Source of the DNA: Tubiluchus corallicola
Taxonomy: Eukaryota > Animalia > Priapulida
Reading direction: 5' to 3'
DNA length: 64,000 nt
NCBI GenBank assembly: GCA_030141605.1
Contig: JAQGDQ010000001.1
Coordinates: 310,001-374,000, forward strand
Made by a program: the position numbers and the translations under genes. This document shows positions 26,191 through 39,138 of the stretch, one piece after another. How positions within the stretch are numbered: position 1 is the first letter of the stretch; each line of letters begins with the position of its first letter. The notes below the pieces were generated by a model, which made no database searches, was not told the origin of the DNA, and worked only from the letters and a program-made list of their open reading frames with translations.

Positions 26191-29100
26191 TTAAGCTTAT
26201 GTAGTGCTGTTACAGCACCAAAAAATCTGTGAAGTAACCCAATACCACTATTTGTTGTAAAATTCGAATTCACTAGCTTAAATTAACGTTTTCCATCCAT
26301 TTGCTGTTAGTAAACAAGGAGCGTGATTACCCGTAATCGATCACCATGTGATCTGCGCCATCTATTGAGAAATTCCATGTTACGTGTATATAATCAATCT
26401 TAAATTTAAATGCCACGCATGCACACAGAGAGAATACTAACCTATAGATAGGGCAATACTTCAAAAGTATGCCATTCGAAAGAGGCCGCTCGAAACATAC
26501 GGTTCGTGTTCCCCAATATAATACGTATAATGTAACATTCAATAAGCAGTCAGAAGAGTTGCTTCCAGATAACGAGGAATTAATAACGCGGCTAGGAGCT
26601 TGCAAAATAACGCATTTTGACATGTGCTTCGTTCATGAAATAAATTTTTAATGTAATTTGTATTGAACATTGTCATGCGTTTTCGCATATGTAATGTTCA
26701 TTATCTTGTATATGCTTAAAAGTTTTGTCACTATCCAGTTTGACGTATTTGCTAATCAACGTCCTTATATGCAGATGTACTTATTTCGGGTTGACAGGAA
26801 CGGACCATGGTTGTTTTTTGTTTAAAAAGTGTTCTTGTGTATGTTTTAAGCTGTTTATGAAAAATTGCAACTATTTTAATAACGTAAATGACTGATAAGA
26901 AGCTATAATGAATAAATAAATTATGTATTACTTTAATCCAGATATGCAAATTAATGGAATGCAGCGCCTGAAATTTCATAAATCTGGCAAAAACATTCAG
27001 CTAACGATGATGAAACCACATAGAAACGATAGAAGCCAGACATGACTTTTTAAGTCTCGATATGTGTGTTGTAAGTTCTCAACAAGCTGACAAGGTGTTT
27101 TAAAACTCTTCAGTTTTATCCAGAAAATGTCGCGACAGAGGCTGATGTGATTGGCGAGAGTTCTCAGAAAAAAGCTTCTGCCAATCGCACGAATGGCATT
27201 TGTAGATGGTAACTCGGAATCAAGCTGACATTTATAAATCTAAGTCTGGCTGCTGCTGAAACCCGTCGAGGAAATTGCTTCCGGTAGACACAAATGCTTG
27301 GTAATTTTTCGTGTTCTTAGCGTTAGGAGTCGCTTGACGTTAATCCGTAGAGACACCATATTATTAAGTTTATTTCCAGCAATGTCTTTTTAGTCTCGCT
27401 CATCAGCCTGTCTGTTGAGATGCGAAAATCAGTGGGAATTAGGTACGGCTTAGGCAAGACCTACTGCAAAGGCTTAGGCAAAAATGCTTATGCAAATCTA
27501 ATTAATGCTTCCGGTAGCAGAGAAAGAGAGTGAGCGAGCGAGCGAGAAAGAGAGAGAGTCTCCCTTTAAGAGCCATAAACAGAGAGAGGAAAAGGCCAAA
27601 TTCAATACCACTCTTCTTCAACAATATCAATTCTTCCTTCAAATACCACTATTTACTTTCCTCGAGTTTCTCTGACAGATATAATTAACTATCGTTATAT
27701 TAATATTAATAATAATTGCAATATGACACTCTCTAGTGCCATTTTAAGTAAGTATAGATAACAATATGCTACGAAGCCATGTGGATAAGTACTACTATTA
27801 TTATTATCTAATATCTATGGTTTTAAGCCTCTTGCAGTTTGGTGTTAGCTTCAAGGCACTCACTGACCCTCAATTAGATCACTGCTGAGAAGTACTGACA
27901 GAAGCTTCTCAGGTAATCACACCACATGTACTGCAAAGAATGTAAATTTCAGTGCTGTTGTAAACTAAATTGTACTTTATTGTTACCTATTGGAAGGCCT
28001 CTAACCTTTTGAGTGTCCTCCGGGAAACAAAAACTCGTTTTTTCAGCACTTGCTGAATACTGCACAATTATAAGGCGAAACAGAACTAGCAGTTCACAAG
28101 GGTTTCACTTTACCAACATTATCATTTTCGGTTTTCTTTAAATGTTGATATTCGGCCCCGAAATCGACATCATTGATACTCCGATTGGGGTACAAGAGTC
28201 TATGATCAAATTAATTCATCTCAAGCTTATGCATCTTTCATGAGAATTCTTCAGCGCAGTAACAAAATATTCAATAATATATAAAAAACACATATTCTCT
28301 CAACAAATCCATTGGAAACGTGACTTGCGAATCCCTTGCGATGCTATTATTGAATTCTACCATAAATGTAATGTGATTATTTATCAGGATCGCTATTTCT
28401 TTAGTCTAATACTTTCCAAAGATCGTGCGGCATGTGCTAACGAAGTAATATAATTATAATTCATTTAGCCCGGCTTGCTTAATTATATATAACACATTGT
28501 TAACTCATATGCACATTTTCACACAAGGCAAAATGATTATCTATTTACAGAAGGCGACATGCGGTAGGCCACGTAGTAACCTTGTACATTTGAATTTGCC
28601 TGAAGAGCTTTTCAGGTTAAGTGAACTAACGTGATAGATGGAAAATATAGGTGTAACTTTTCACACACAAGATGCGTGCTGCACTATAAAAAGTGTTGGT
28701 TGTTGCTTTGAACAGACCTGAATTTAGGAATTTACCAAACAACTAAAGGTAGCTTTGTTGATTCGGCTTTTATTGCTCGTACGGATATTCCACTTTCGCA
28801 TCCCACAATTATGCAACGGTTGAAGTTTTTTATATAAAAAATGCCCCCATCAAGGTTATTGCAATGACTGCTCCAAATAAGGGGCATCAGTATGAATAGA
28901 ATTCTTATAAGTAATTTGCTAATTGTGGTAGTTATTTCAATTATTTCTTGAAGTTGGTAAGATTGTAGTCAACAGGGAAATAATTTCTTGTTGGAGAATT
29001 TCACGGTCGGAAAGAAACTGATGGATTTGCAAGCTGCATCTAAGAACGTTCAATGTAAAATATAAGATCCGCAACCAATCTTGTCAGTATCTCACCTATA

Positions 29101-29747
29101 TTTCAGGGCGACCAAGTGCGTTAGCTGTATGAATTAGTGATTTTTTGTTGAACTTTGTATATCAAAACCCGTTAATATGCCCGGTAAAATTCGCTAAGTA
29201 ATTAAGAAGTTAACAAACTGCTGGTTAATGATCGTTACTTCACGGCTTTAATTTCAGTGATTGCGTTCTTAATAACTCGAACTTGAACTTGACAGTGTTT
29301 TGTCTGAAATTCCTGTCACAAACATCGAGCTGAAAATTAGATCAAGTGATTATGCATATTGCATAACTAAAAATTTGAACTAAAAAGCAACTTGTTTTTC
29401 AGTCTTCACTTATAGGGCGATTTTCATTTTTTATGAATTACGAATCGCAACTTATTCTCTATAATTAATATTTGTGCGCCGGTTAGTCCGTCTTTTTTTC
29501 CATTCAGCCTTAATTAAGAAAACATAGTGCATTAATTCGAAAATTCATAATAACAGTTTTCTTTCCTAACACAAATTTGCTAAATACTAAATTTTCAAGA
29601 TAAATGTTGTCGTATTCACTACAATACCTCCTCCATTTTTCCTACATAAGTTCTTTCTCAATCGATAGATTTATATAACCTGCTGGCATAAGCCTAAAAA
29701 TCTGTTCCACTTAATGTTTTTAACACAGAAAGTTTATTTTTTGGCAG

Positions 29748-29896
29748 GTGTATGCATGTAACTGACATTGGAGTTGGATACCTATCCACCATGACATCTT
29801 TGACGGTTCTTTTCATGCGCTGGTGCTGTCAAATACGAGACTTTGGCTTACAGCACTTATACAGCATGCGAAATCTGAGAGTTCTATCACTAGCTG
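29748..29896 (+). CDS. FBXL16: FBXL16 exon 2 (RCMHVTDIGVGYLSTM...LRVLSLA)
   Basis: ggcag acceptor, gtcagt donor, phase 2-1; matches FBXL16 'YLSTMSSL..L.LRWCCQ.QDFGL'. Confidence 0.95.
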
Positions 29897-30496
29897 GTCA
29901 GTATTGGTGCTTTATAAATTTGTGCAGAAAAGATACTATCTGTACAGAAAATTTTCCGTTCAATAATTTTTGCATATTTATCTATACTATAAGTTAGTAG
30001 ATACCTACAAGAAAAGAAACACAAGTCCACTCACAAAATAAAGTAGCTGTAATTTGATCTAATTATACGTATTGACCTGCATTATTCTTGGGGCACAGCA
30101 ACACCTGAGAAGTGAGTATACCTACATCATTTAAATTTTCGTTTACTGAACAAACATTTTTGAGCAAAGTTTTTTAAAGACTTTAAATACAAATATAGCT
30201 AGAGTATCTACATTGTCTTTGCGCTATAACAAGTCTAAGCAATAAACAGCTATTGTGTCAGTCTGCCAAAAGTCCAACTTAGAATTTCTGATTAGCAAAC
30301 TTACTAAAACAAGAAGTATTCTAGGACTCTACTTAAAACATTCTGTAATCAATCCTGTTCAAAACGTAAATTGTAAAAAAAGTTATTTTTAACAAAAACT
30401 AACCAAATCCATTTTTATTGTTATCAAACAGACACAAAGACAACTATTGCTCACTCTTTTATAAGCTATTATTTTTAAATGTGCATCTTACTTCAG

Positions 30497-30645
30497 GATG
30501 TCCGTTACTTACTGCAAGTGCGCTCTCCGGACTGGTTAATCTGCATCATTTAAAGGAATTGGAGCTAACAAACTGCCCAGGTGCATCGCAAGAGCTTTTT
30601 GATTACTTTCGGGAACACTTACAGGACTGTTTGATTATCGAATGA
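30497..30645 (+). CDS. FBXL16: FBXL16 exon 3 ([13 protein letters not shown]...ELTNCPGA...CLIIE*); protein about 470-487 aa
   Basis: ttcag acceptor, phase 1; C-terminus matches FBXL16 '[19 protein letters not shown]'. Confidence 0.95.
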
Positions 30646-31789
30646 GCTATAACTATGTTACATAACAAGAGCTTTGATGAAGCATTAGACAAGATTTATA
30701 CAAAATCCAGGTGGACAGCTTAAATAATACATGTTTATGTGTGCAGTAATTTTGTGGTGTATAGGCGAAGGCATCCAGTCCCCATATGCTTTGTAAATTG
30801 ATGTAAATGTTGTCACTCTATGTAAAATGCGAAAAGTTTGTTATAAGAAAAAGCAGTTACATTAAAAAACTGTTCCTGTTGATATGATTAATGAATGTCG
30901 CACTATTGCACATGAATTTGTTAAGAGAGAGTAAGAGACAACTAGTGCATGTGCTGATAATGCCAGGTAATGCAATAATACCAAACACAAATAGAAATTG
31001 CTTTAATATGCATTTAGACTAAGATGTCAATACAGCAACCTTAAACTATTCTGGAAAATTAACTAGAAAAATATTTAAGGTTTCCCTATTGTTAAACGAT
31101 TGCGGTAGAACTTTGCAAATTTGAGGGAATCAAAACGATTATTGTAGTGAATGGGTTCTTACTATACAAATGACAAGGATGTTTCTCTTGGAAATTACAA
31201 ACTGAGTCGCAAGCATATACCTAAAAAATGACCCAAACTGCTCAGTACCCTATATAGATGCTGTATCCATAAATACCTGTTATTTCTAATAGAATTATTA
31301 TATCACAGCTTACAATTTAACAATGTATATGCAATACGCAATGATTTCAGTGCAATCTAGAACCTTAGAATTTGTGTAAATATAGTAACCTCTGGGAAAT
31401 CATTGTCCTATTACTACTATACAGAATACATTCCAACTTGATTCAGAAGTTGTTAATTAATGCCATTGTTAACAAGGGAGATAATTTCCAGTGAATTGAA
31501 AGTGGACCCATCCATTGCATATAATGTTTGCAATAACATTGTGCAGAGCTACTTAAGTGAAGTTTTTCTTTACATTTTTTGAAAAAGACCTTCCTTTTTG
31601 AAGGAAGATGGCAAAAAAGCAGTGACAAGAAAATAAGTCTATTCGGTAAAATTAACTGCAAGATCTACCACATTAAATAAGATTAAAAGGCAAGATTGTT
31701 TTAATACCTTGGCTCCTGAGGGTATCAGATATAATAAGAATAAAAATGTGTCGCAAGTACGAACTCAGCTAAATTACAGTACCTGCAGA

Positions 31790-31940
31790 GAATGCAGGTA
31801 ATAAAGTTACAGGTAAAAAAGTCACAGGTAAAAACCAACAGAAAAAAGTAACAGAAAGGAAAAAAGAAATAACCCCCTAACCCTAGCCAAAATTGTGACT
31901 TTTTCTACTACTTGTTCCTGTCACGTTTTTACTGGTCACT
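31790..31940. mobile_element. MITE-like repeat with aaaagtcacagg subrepeats and inverted tgtgacttttt arm
   Basis: Same motifs as 23727-24030; central ccctaaccctag. Confidence 0.5.
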
Positions 31941-33527
31941 CAAACAGAAAACCCGAACAGCGAAAGGGTTTAATAGCTTTTAAGTTGACTAAAAGATAAA
32001 GGGGCATAAAGCAAACTGCTAATTGTCTGCAGAGAATTTGCTTACTGTGCTTGCTATTTAGTGAATTTAATATGCCAAAAGTAGTTTTTTTACAATTAAT
32101 TTAAAATGTTGTAAACTTTAAGGCTGCAAAAAAATCTGCACCTATAATTTATTATACATCTATACGTTTACATACACTGTATAAAAGTAATGACATTTAA
32201 ACTACATGACCACAAGCTGTATTTAAAATTTTAGTAATATGAGCAATACGAAACAAATTTGTATGTAATTAATACTTTAGCTACTTAATTATTAAAATGA
32301 GCTAACTTACAGTATGGTCAATGCCATATCCTCAAAATGTGATAATTTCGTAATAAATGTGTATGACTTCTGTATAATCTACTTCTGTGTCCATATTTCA
32401 CTTTCAGATATTTTGTAAAATTCAGATGCTTTTAGAATATTTAGACATTTACATATTGTAGCTACAGTGAAGGCTCTCTAGAAGTTAATCAGCAGATCAC
32501 TTTGAATAAAATAATTCCTTATCTCCATAATACAATTCACAAGAATAATAACTATACTTACTAAAAGGCAAATAAGTAAACTACAAACAAAAAAATATTT
32601 GTTTATGAGACATTATTTTTTGTGCTTAAGCTATGAGGCACTCTAACAGTCATACATTCTTGACGCGAAAAACATTCTTGATGACCATTTTATAACTATA
32701 AGTAAGTCTGCAGTTTAATTTTAATTCACTTTCCCTTTCCAAATTAACTTTCTTTCACCACACAGTAAGACCAGCTTTCAATTGCCGCAATAAGATGATC
32801 AAGATGTAAAACCTTGGCAAGCACAAATATGCACAGTTAATTACTTTTCTACATCTAGCTCAGCTAATTTGGGTCTACGAAGCTTTACCAGTGCATTTGC
32901 TGATTGCACAATTAAGACCCTATACTTGATTAAAAATTTCTGACCTAAAATGTGCATGGGAGCACTTCATTTCTGCTAAATGACTAAGCAATAACAGTTA
33001 AAGTAAAGAAAATTCGTAAATGCTGTAAAAAGGAGAAGCAAAGCACAGTTATCAAGAACTGTTTGTTTATGAGAATATCCCTAGAAATTGACGGGACTGA
33101 AACCACTTGACTAACAGCAACCGAAAGTAACAAAAAGCAGCTGAGCACAAATGATTATTCAACCCATGAATGACCAAGTAGCTTAAAATAACTTCAGTGT
33201 GCTAATAAAGCCAGGCCATTTTAGCTTAGACCAATTAGGTAATATTCAATTAAAGTGATACAGCTTTGGAACGCAATGTACAGAACGCAAGTGGTTTCAA
33301 GTATACATTGATTTACTGTGTAATAATTATTACAGTTACAGAATAAGATTTTCATTGTTGTTCTGCTGATTTATTTACACCATAATTTTATTTCCATAAA
33401 AAATACGAATTCTATCCAAAACTACCAGAGAATGGAAAACATTAATTATTTATACCTTTCCTGTACATTAAAGAGAAATCGTCTATATAACAAGATGACA
33501 ACTGTACATCACTCTTCGCAAATAATA

Positions 33528-33578
33528 TCATGAATTCCACCAAGAAAGAAGCCCAAGACCAGATTCGCTAATAGAACC
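33528..33578 (-). CDS. POLR3H: POLR3H exon 7 (GSISESGLGLLSWWNS*)
   Basis: ctttag acceptor, phase 0; matches RPC8 end GSISEPGLGLLSWW. Confidence 0.95.
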   Translation of the reverse strand, partial: GSISESGLGLLSWWNS

Positions 33579-34602
33579 CTAAAGTAAACATTGTTACATT
33601 ATTATCTCAAAAGTTTTAACAAAATTAAAGTAAGTATTAGATTAATCTAAGTACCTCAAAATGCCTACAAAAGTACTACAAGTACAACAACTCTAACAAC
33701 TTTTAGGATTCAAACATCAAACTACTATTAATGTTTAAAAAATAGGTTGAAAAATAATGTGCGTCGATTACATCCTATATCACAGTTCACATAAATATTG
33801 CTTTAGAAAAACAGTTTAGTAACCTAGGCAACAAAAAAGTATTGCAAAGTTGAAACAATAACTGAAAACTAAATGTTATTGACAAGAACTCATTTCAGCC
33901 ATCTTCAGAAAAGGCAAGAAACTACAGGAGACCTGATTATTATTGCACGCTGAATTACCTGATGCTCTTGGCAAAACAGGTGACATTTAGAATAATGAGA
34001 TGGGTGGGAAAGGTGCAGCATGTAACCTTTTTATAAGACGATAAAAACCAGCAGGTAACTAGTTATAGCCTAATTAGAAAATGTCAAACACAAGCAAGCA
34101 GCAAACTCAGATGGTTAGAATTAAAACACTGATAAAATGTATGTTTTTAACACCAAGTTTCAGTCATTAGAAATTGTTTTGAATGAAGAAAATAATTAAA
34201 AAAATTGTCACTGCCAGACAGAGAAAGAGAGAGTCAAGATGAGTATGCGAGTAAAGCGAGTAGCAATGCAAAAATCTTCCCAGGTTTTGTTAGTGAAACC
34301 AACATTTGGAAATATTGGACTGGATCGTGCACTGCAAGGACTGTAAAAGAAAGGTTCTTGGTTAAAATCCAAGATCAATCCTAACCTTTGCACATTTTCT
34401 TTCTTATATTATTAGTAATAACCTTTCAATCACAATTATAAATATTTATTAATTAAATGCTCTAAGCTCTAAATTAATCATAAAAAAATTTAATCAGTTA
34501 GTAATTACTCTAGTACGAGTGCCTCTTACACTTGCAAATGCTCCGAAGTTGATGGGAATTGAGTGAAGGCTGTCTTAATCACAATGGGCTGGGTAGTCTA
34601 TG

Positions 34603-34665
34603 GTAGTCTACATGGTAAAGGAAATGGAATTCAAGGATCCATGGTTCAAATCCATGCTCAGTCTT
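34603..34665 (+). mobile_element. tRNA-derived SINE-like head (degenerate)
   Basis: A-box-like tagtctacatggtaa and B-box ggttcaaatcc; no intact cloverleaf. Confidence 0.35.
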
Positions 34666-34833
34666 TACTTTTTCACATGTTCTTCCTCTTTCAGATAAGT
34701 TTGGTTTCAAAAATTTAATATTTTGAGATCTTTCTGTTATTTTATTCATTGCAAGAGAGGCCTTCGTAATAAGTGTTTACAAAAGAAATTGGCATGCAAA
34801 TAAACCTTTTCATAGCAGCAAACTAAATCTTAC

Positions 34834-34948
34834 AATGATTGTATATGGTATTTTTGATGATTCTTTGGTGTCAGCAATTGATTCTGCTCCTTCTTGGGTA
34901 GGACCTGTTGGTGAAGTATCAACAAAAATCTCATCTACAACGCGAAAT
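34834..34948 (-). CDS. POLR3H: POLR3H exon 6 (RFRVVDEIFVDTSPTGP...KIPYTII)
   Basis: tttcag acceptor, gtaaga donor, 115 nt, phase 2-0; FRVVDE.FVDTSPTGP matches RPC8. Confidence 0.95.
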
Positions 34949-36163
34949 CTGAAAATAATAACCTTGAAAAGTAATTAAGCTAATGATTTTGCTCAGCATG
35001 ACACAGTGAGCATGTTTTATTCGAATATTAGCCTACAAAAGAATGAGTTTTTGGAGTGTTTTTGGAACAGATTAAAAAAGCTGCTTCCATCACTTAAACT
35101 TTAATATTTAGATTTTTAAAATTATTTCAAATTCATTAGTTCATTATCATTAATTCTGACTTTGTTTTTATTTTGATGATTACAGAGAATTTATACAAAA
35201 AACTATTTTTGAACAGCATGACAGGGCATACACACAACAGTATAATATACACAAGCAGTCTAAATTGTTTGTTATGACTGCTGGAACTTTGTTGCTTCAA
35301 ACGGATGAATGATGAGAGTCTGTTGACCTTTTCAAGAATATATACCACTACCAAAAATGTCTGAAGAGTACAAGCCAATAAGAATTCTGCAACAGTGCTA
35401 AGTGTTCCTTGAGAATTTTAGCGAATATGTAAAACAAGTTTGACTGCACTATTTCTTATTAACTTGTTTTTTCCATAATCGACCTACCATGGGATTGACT
35501 ATTGTACGTGTGCAACTAAAACAAAGCTCCAGTCAGCAACGGAGATGGCAGCTTACGTAAAAAGGCAGCCGAAAATTCTTTGCATTTTGCATTTAGCGAG
35601 AATCGTGTGAAGAACTTTTAAGGCAAGTTTTGGATTAAAAGTTAATGATGCAGATGATGACGATGACAATGATGATGACAATCATAGTGAAGCCTAAGAA
35701 AACGATGAGAATGATGATGATGATGATAATGATAATAGCTTTCATAAAGCAAATTAAGCAATAACATTAATCAATTGGAATGAAACAGAGGAAACAGCTG
35801 GCCATTTTACTAGAATACATGTACTCATTCCTGATTGCTGGTGGTTTTCATGATTCAAAAGCAAAGAAACAACTGATGCATGAGGCACATCTAAATGCTT
35901 CAATGAAAATATGTTTCCGAATCAAGCGTTGTTTGCTTCGCGAAATGCCGTTTTCAGTTTTTTGCTCTTTCTCCACTGCACACAAACGTAAAATTTCTCC
36001 ATTCTAGCTGTTGTTGAATGTTTTCTGCTACATTGTGTGCTATGCTTCAATGATAATAAAAATAACCAGTGTCTCACCTGTTGAGCTACAGGTGCACACA
36101 CGGAAATTAAGGTGAATCTTGTTAGCACGCACATAAATAATGAAACCAGTTAAAGTCACTTGC

Positions 36164-36253
36164 CTGACTTCCTCGCCGGCATCCATAAAAAGGTCATGTG
36201 ATGACCCATCCTCAGTTTGGTACTCCCAGACCCACAGCTGCTCTGTCTCATCA
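36164..36253 (-). CDS. POLR3H: POLR3H exon 5 ([31 protein letters not shown]); U12 acceptor and GC donor
   Basis: Matches RPC8 'FDEAEQVWVWEY..EEG.HDLYMD.GEEIR'; branch tcccttaac just upstream; donor AG|gcaagt. Confidence 0.95.
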
Positions 36254-38882
36254 CTAAACTAGAGTTAAGGGAGACAAAAATTTGCTCATAATTAACAAAT
36301 AACTGGCACTTTAATATTACTATTGAGCAACAAGGCAATCCAGCAAGACGTTTGTTAATAAATGCAGATTTTAACAAGATAGCATAATACTAAAAAAGTA
36401 CAGGTAGCTAAGAATTTCAACAATGTTGTGTGGTTATCTTCTTTCACTTTCGAATAAAATTATGACAAGTAACCTAATACCCAATTAATTAAAATTTTAC
36501 CATGGTCATATTGGAAATTTCATTTGAAAGTTTAATCAACTTCAAGACATTCATATCCAGCCTTTCACTTTTTATATATCCAGCTAGTAGAAACAAAAAA
36601 GATGGCAAAAAGGGAAAAGATAAAATAAACAATACAAAACAAGTTAATAGCAATACAGACAATAGAAAAAGTGGGATAGACATAAAAAATTGTCTAAAGA
36701 ACGTGTTACCCAACCAGCGGCGGATTATGATTTTATGGGCCTTAGGCTTGAGCTTGGAACGGGCCTTTTAAATGTTGCTACACTGCTGAGCTGACGTGTT
36801 TTTGTGGATCTCTCGTCGCTTGTAAGTTTGTTTAATTTTGTGAGTTTTTGTCCACCGATTGTGATAAAAATTATATCTTCTTGATCCTTGAGTTGTGGAC
36901 TAGGACTATATGAAAAAAATTTTTCGTTTTATTTTGCCGGGCCCCTTTTGATCCCGGGCCTTAGGCTTCAGCCTATTCAGCCTATAGGGCTATCCGCTAC
37001 AGTACCCAACCATGCAACACGATAAAAAATTATTCTTGTGGATCAGGTGCAAATTATGTAACAGGTCGAAGTTTTTAAAACGAGATTTGTTTAGTATCTG
37101 TCTTTTTCCCATTTTTACTTTTCTTTTTTAGCTTGTGTAGTTTCTTCTCTTTCTTTAGCTTTTTGTAGTTTTCACTTTCAATTTTAGTTTCACTGCTTCA
37201 ACAAGGTTTCCTTTTTGCCTTTTTTCCTCTCTTTTTGCAATTTCAAGTCCAGTAATTTAAAAAAAATTGTACAAACTTAGAAGAAATGTGATGACTACCA
37301 CCACAGTAATTGCCATCATATCATCATCTATGACAAAAACTGCAATGACAAGCGCAATAACAATAGCAACAACAATAATAATATAGCAATAGTAGTAGCA
37401 ACAGTAACAGCAGCAACAACCAGCCGTTCTTCTCTTTCTTACTTACTGTTGGTGTCAAGCAATTCAATCAAAAATTCTATCATTATTTGTTTTCTTTTTA
37501 TAAATTTACAAATATGCATATGCAAAACTGTTTAAAAAGGAAGCCAGCCTTAGTCATGTGACTTACGCTTTTAGTAGTACACTCCACCTATCAATCAAAC
37601 TTGTGTCTATACGTAGTCACACTTTCTGTTGCCGCTATACTGTTCATTTCCGTTTTGTGATACTTTCGTTGTTTTTGTCTATTAACTACTTGCATTTTCA
37701 AGCCAAGTCACCAGTAAATGTAAGTCACATCTACCTTTATAATTAGTTAAACGTTTAAATTGGTTAAAATTGCTCCATAGAGTCATAAAGTAATAATTTG
37801 TACCAGTCTTCTTAAAACTTCTTAAAACTTTTTGTCTAAATGGTAATAAGCTTTTGCACATTCCAAAGCACCTTTTGTAATCCTGTATTTTAATAAATTG
37901 CAGGTCTATCGCACAGTTCAACATTGATTTTTGCCGTTTCTTTGCCTGGACTGGGCGCATCCACACTTACTCTTGCTCATCTTTTTTTCTAACAGTCAAC
38001 TTAATTTTTTTACCTACTTACAATTACGTCTTTGTTTATTTTTGCTGTTTTTAGATAATTATGCCCAAGTTTCTTTTTAATCTACTATCCTTTTTACCAT
38101 GAACAATAACATCATCATACATCATTTCGGTGCCAGCAGCTGTTAAGGCTGCTTTCCTTCTTCTTCCTCATTTTTACCTTTTATCTTTTTTAACCTTTTT
38201 GTATGTACTTTTTACATACAGTTTTACCACTCTCACTTTTATTTAGTGTGTTTCATAGCACGCATTATCTTTTTTGCATATCCCCAATCAGCATGTTTAC
38301 TCCACTTTTTATAGCAGTAAATCAATATTCAAAATACTATCAAATCTAACACAAAATTTTCAAAAGCTATATACCTTAGCACATTAATAACATATACTTG
38401 TAACCTGGCTAAATGCAAAACAGGAAATTTTAGCTCAATGTTTATGAGTGTAGATAAGTGTAGATGAGCTTGGTAACGTCAAGTGAAACTCATTTTATAC
38501 CTAGGCAGAATTGCCTTTTAACTACCTGGTAGTTTTAAACAGCCTTAGAAACTATTAAGAATTCAAGCCTATTAGAACTCACAAGTAATGCTGCAAACGA
38601 CTTCAAGTTAAATACCATATCACAAAAAATTATTTTTAACTGTTCCAACTTTTTAACATCAAAAGGCTTTTAAACTAAGCATTCAATGTGTGCTGAAATG
38701 TATACCTGGCACAAGTTGAAGACACAGTTAAAGAGCCATTTGATGTCGAATCGTTGGAACAGTTATTTGTCAAATAACGCTCTTCTGTCAATCAAATTAT
38801 CTTTAAACAAAAAAAATTTAACTTCAAAATCAAAAAAGAAAGGTCTATGTATACAATTCAAGTAAATCAGTGAAAAGGATAC
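36254..38882 (-). other. POLR3H: U12-type (minor spliceosome) GT-AG intron 4 of POLR3H
   Basis: 5' splice site gtatcctttt (consensus RTATCCTTT); branch point tcccttaac (36264-36272) ending 10 nt before the exon; no polypyrimidine tract. Confidence 0.92.
36715..37002. mobile_element. hAT-type MITE (288 bp) with 8-bp TSD, inside the U12 intron
   Basis: tacccaac|cagcggcggatt ... tatccgctacag|tacccaac; internal gggccttaggctt repeats. Confidence 0.88.
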
Positions 38883-38946
38883 AATCTTGATGGGTGCTGC
38901 AATGAGTCAGAAGGGATCAAGATGTCATCAAAAAAACTGAGAGAAA
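38883..38946 (-). CDS. POLR3H: POLR3H exon 4 (VSLSFFDDILIPSDSLQHPSRF)
   Basis: 64 nt, phase 1-2; matches RPC8 VSLGFFDDILIPPESLQQP. Confidence 0.95.
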
Positions 38947-39051
38947 CTATAACACAAAGCAAAAACAGCTTATAAAACAATTAAAGAAAAATCAATTTAT
39001 TTTGATACAAATTCCATAATAGACATATCTTGACTTTCATTAACTACGTAC

Positions 39052-39138
39052 CATAAACTCCTTCTTTGCTACAACTGCGAATCTTTCCAACAATGATCTC
39101 ATCCATGAATGGTCGAAAGACAATATACCTAAAATATA
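39052..39138 (-). CDS. POLR3H: POLR3H exon 3 ([29 protein letters not shown])
   Basis: cgtag acceptor, gtacgt donor, 87 nt; matches RPC8 'FR..VF.PF.DEI..GKI..CS.EGV'. Confidence 0.95.

Noticed and set aside
8925-26370. CTCF-like motifs (8925, 15981, 26355) as insulators
   Set aside because: Partial matches, probably carried by repeats; function cannot be supported from sequence.
30643-30723. Stop-codon read-through of FBXL16 (open frame after TGA)
   Set aside because: TGA-G is not a leaky context and the protein already ends at the conserved C-terminus.
34603-36105. tRNA genes (A/B-box-like motifs near 34610 and 36085)
   Set aside because: No complete cloverleaf; at most degenerate SINE heads.
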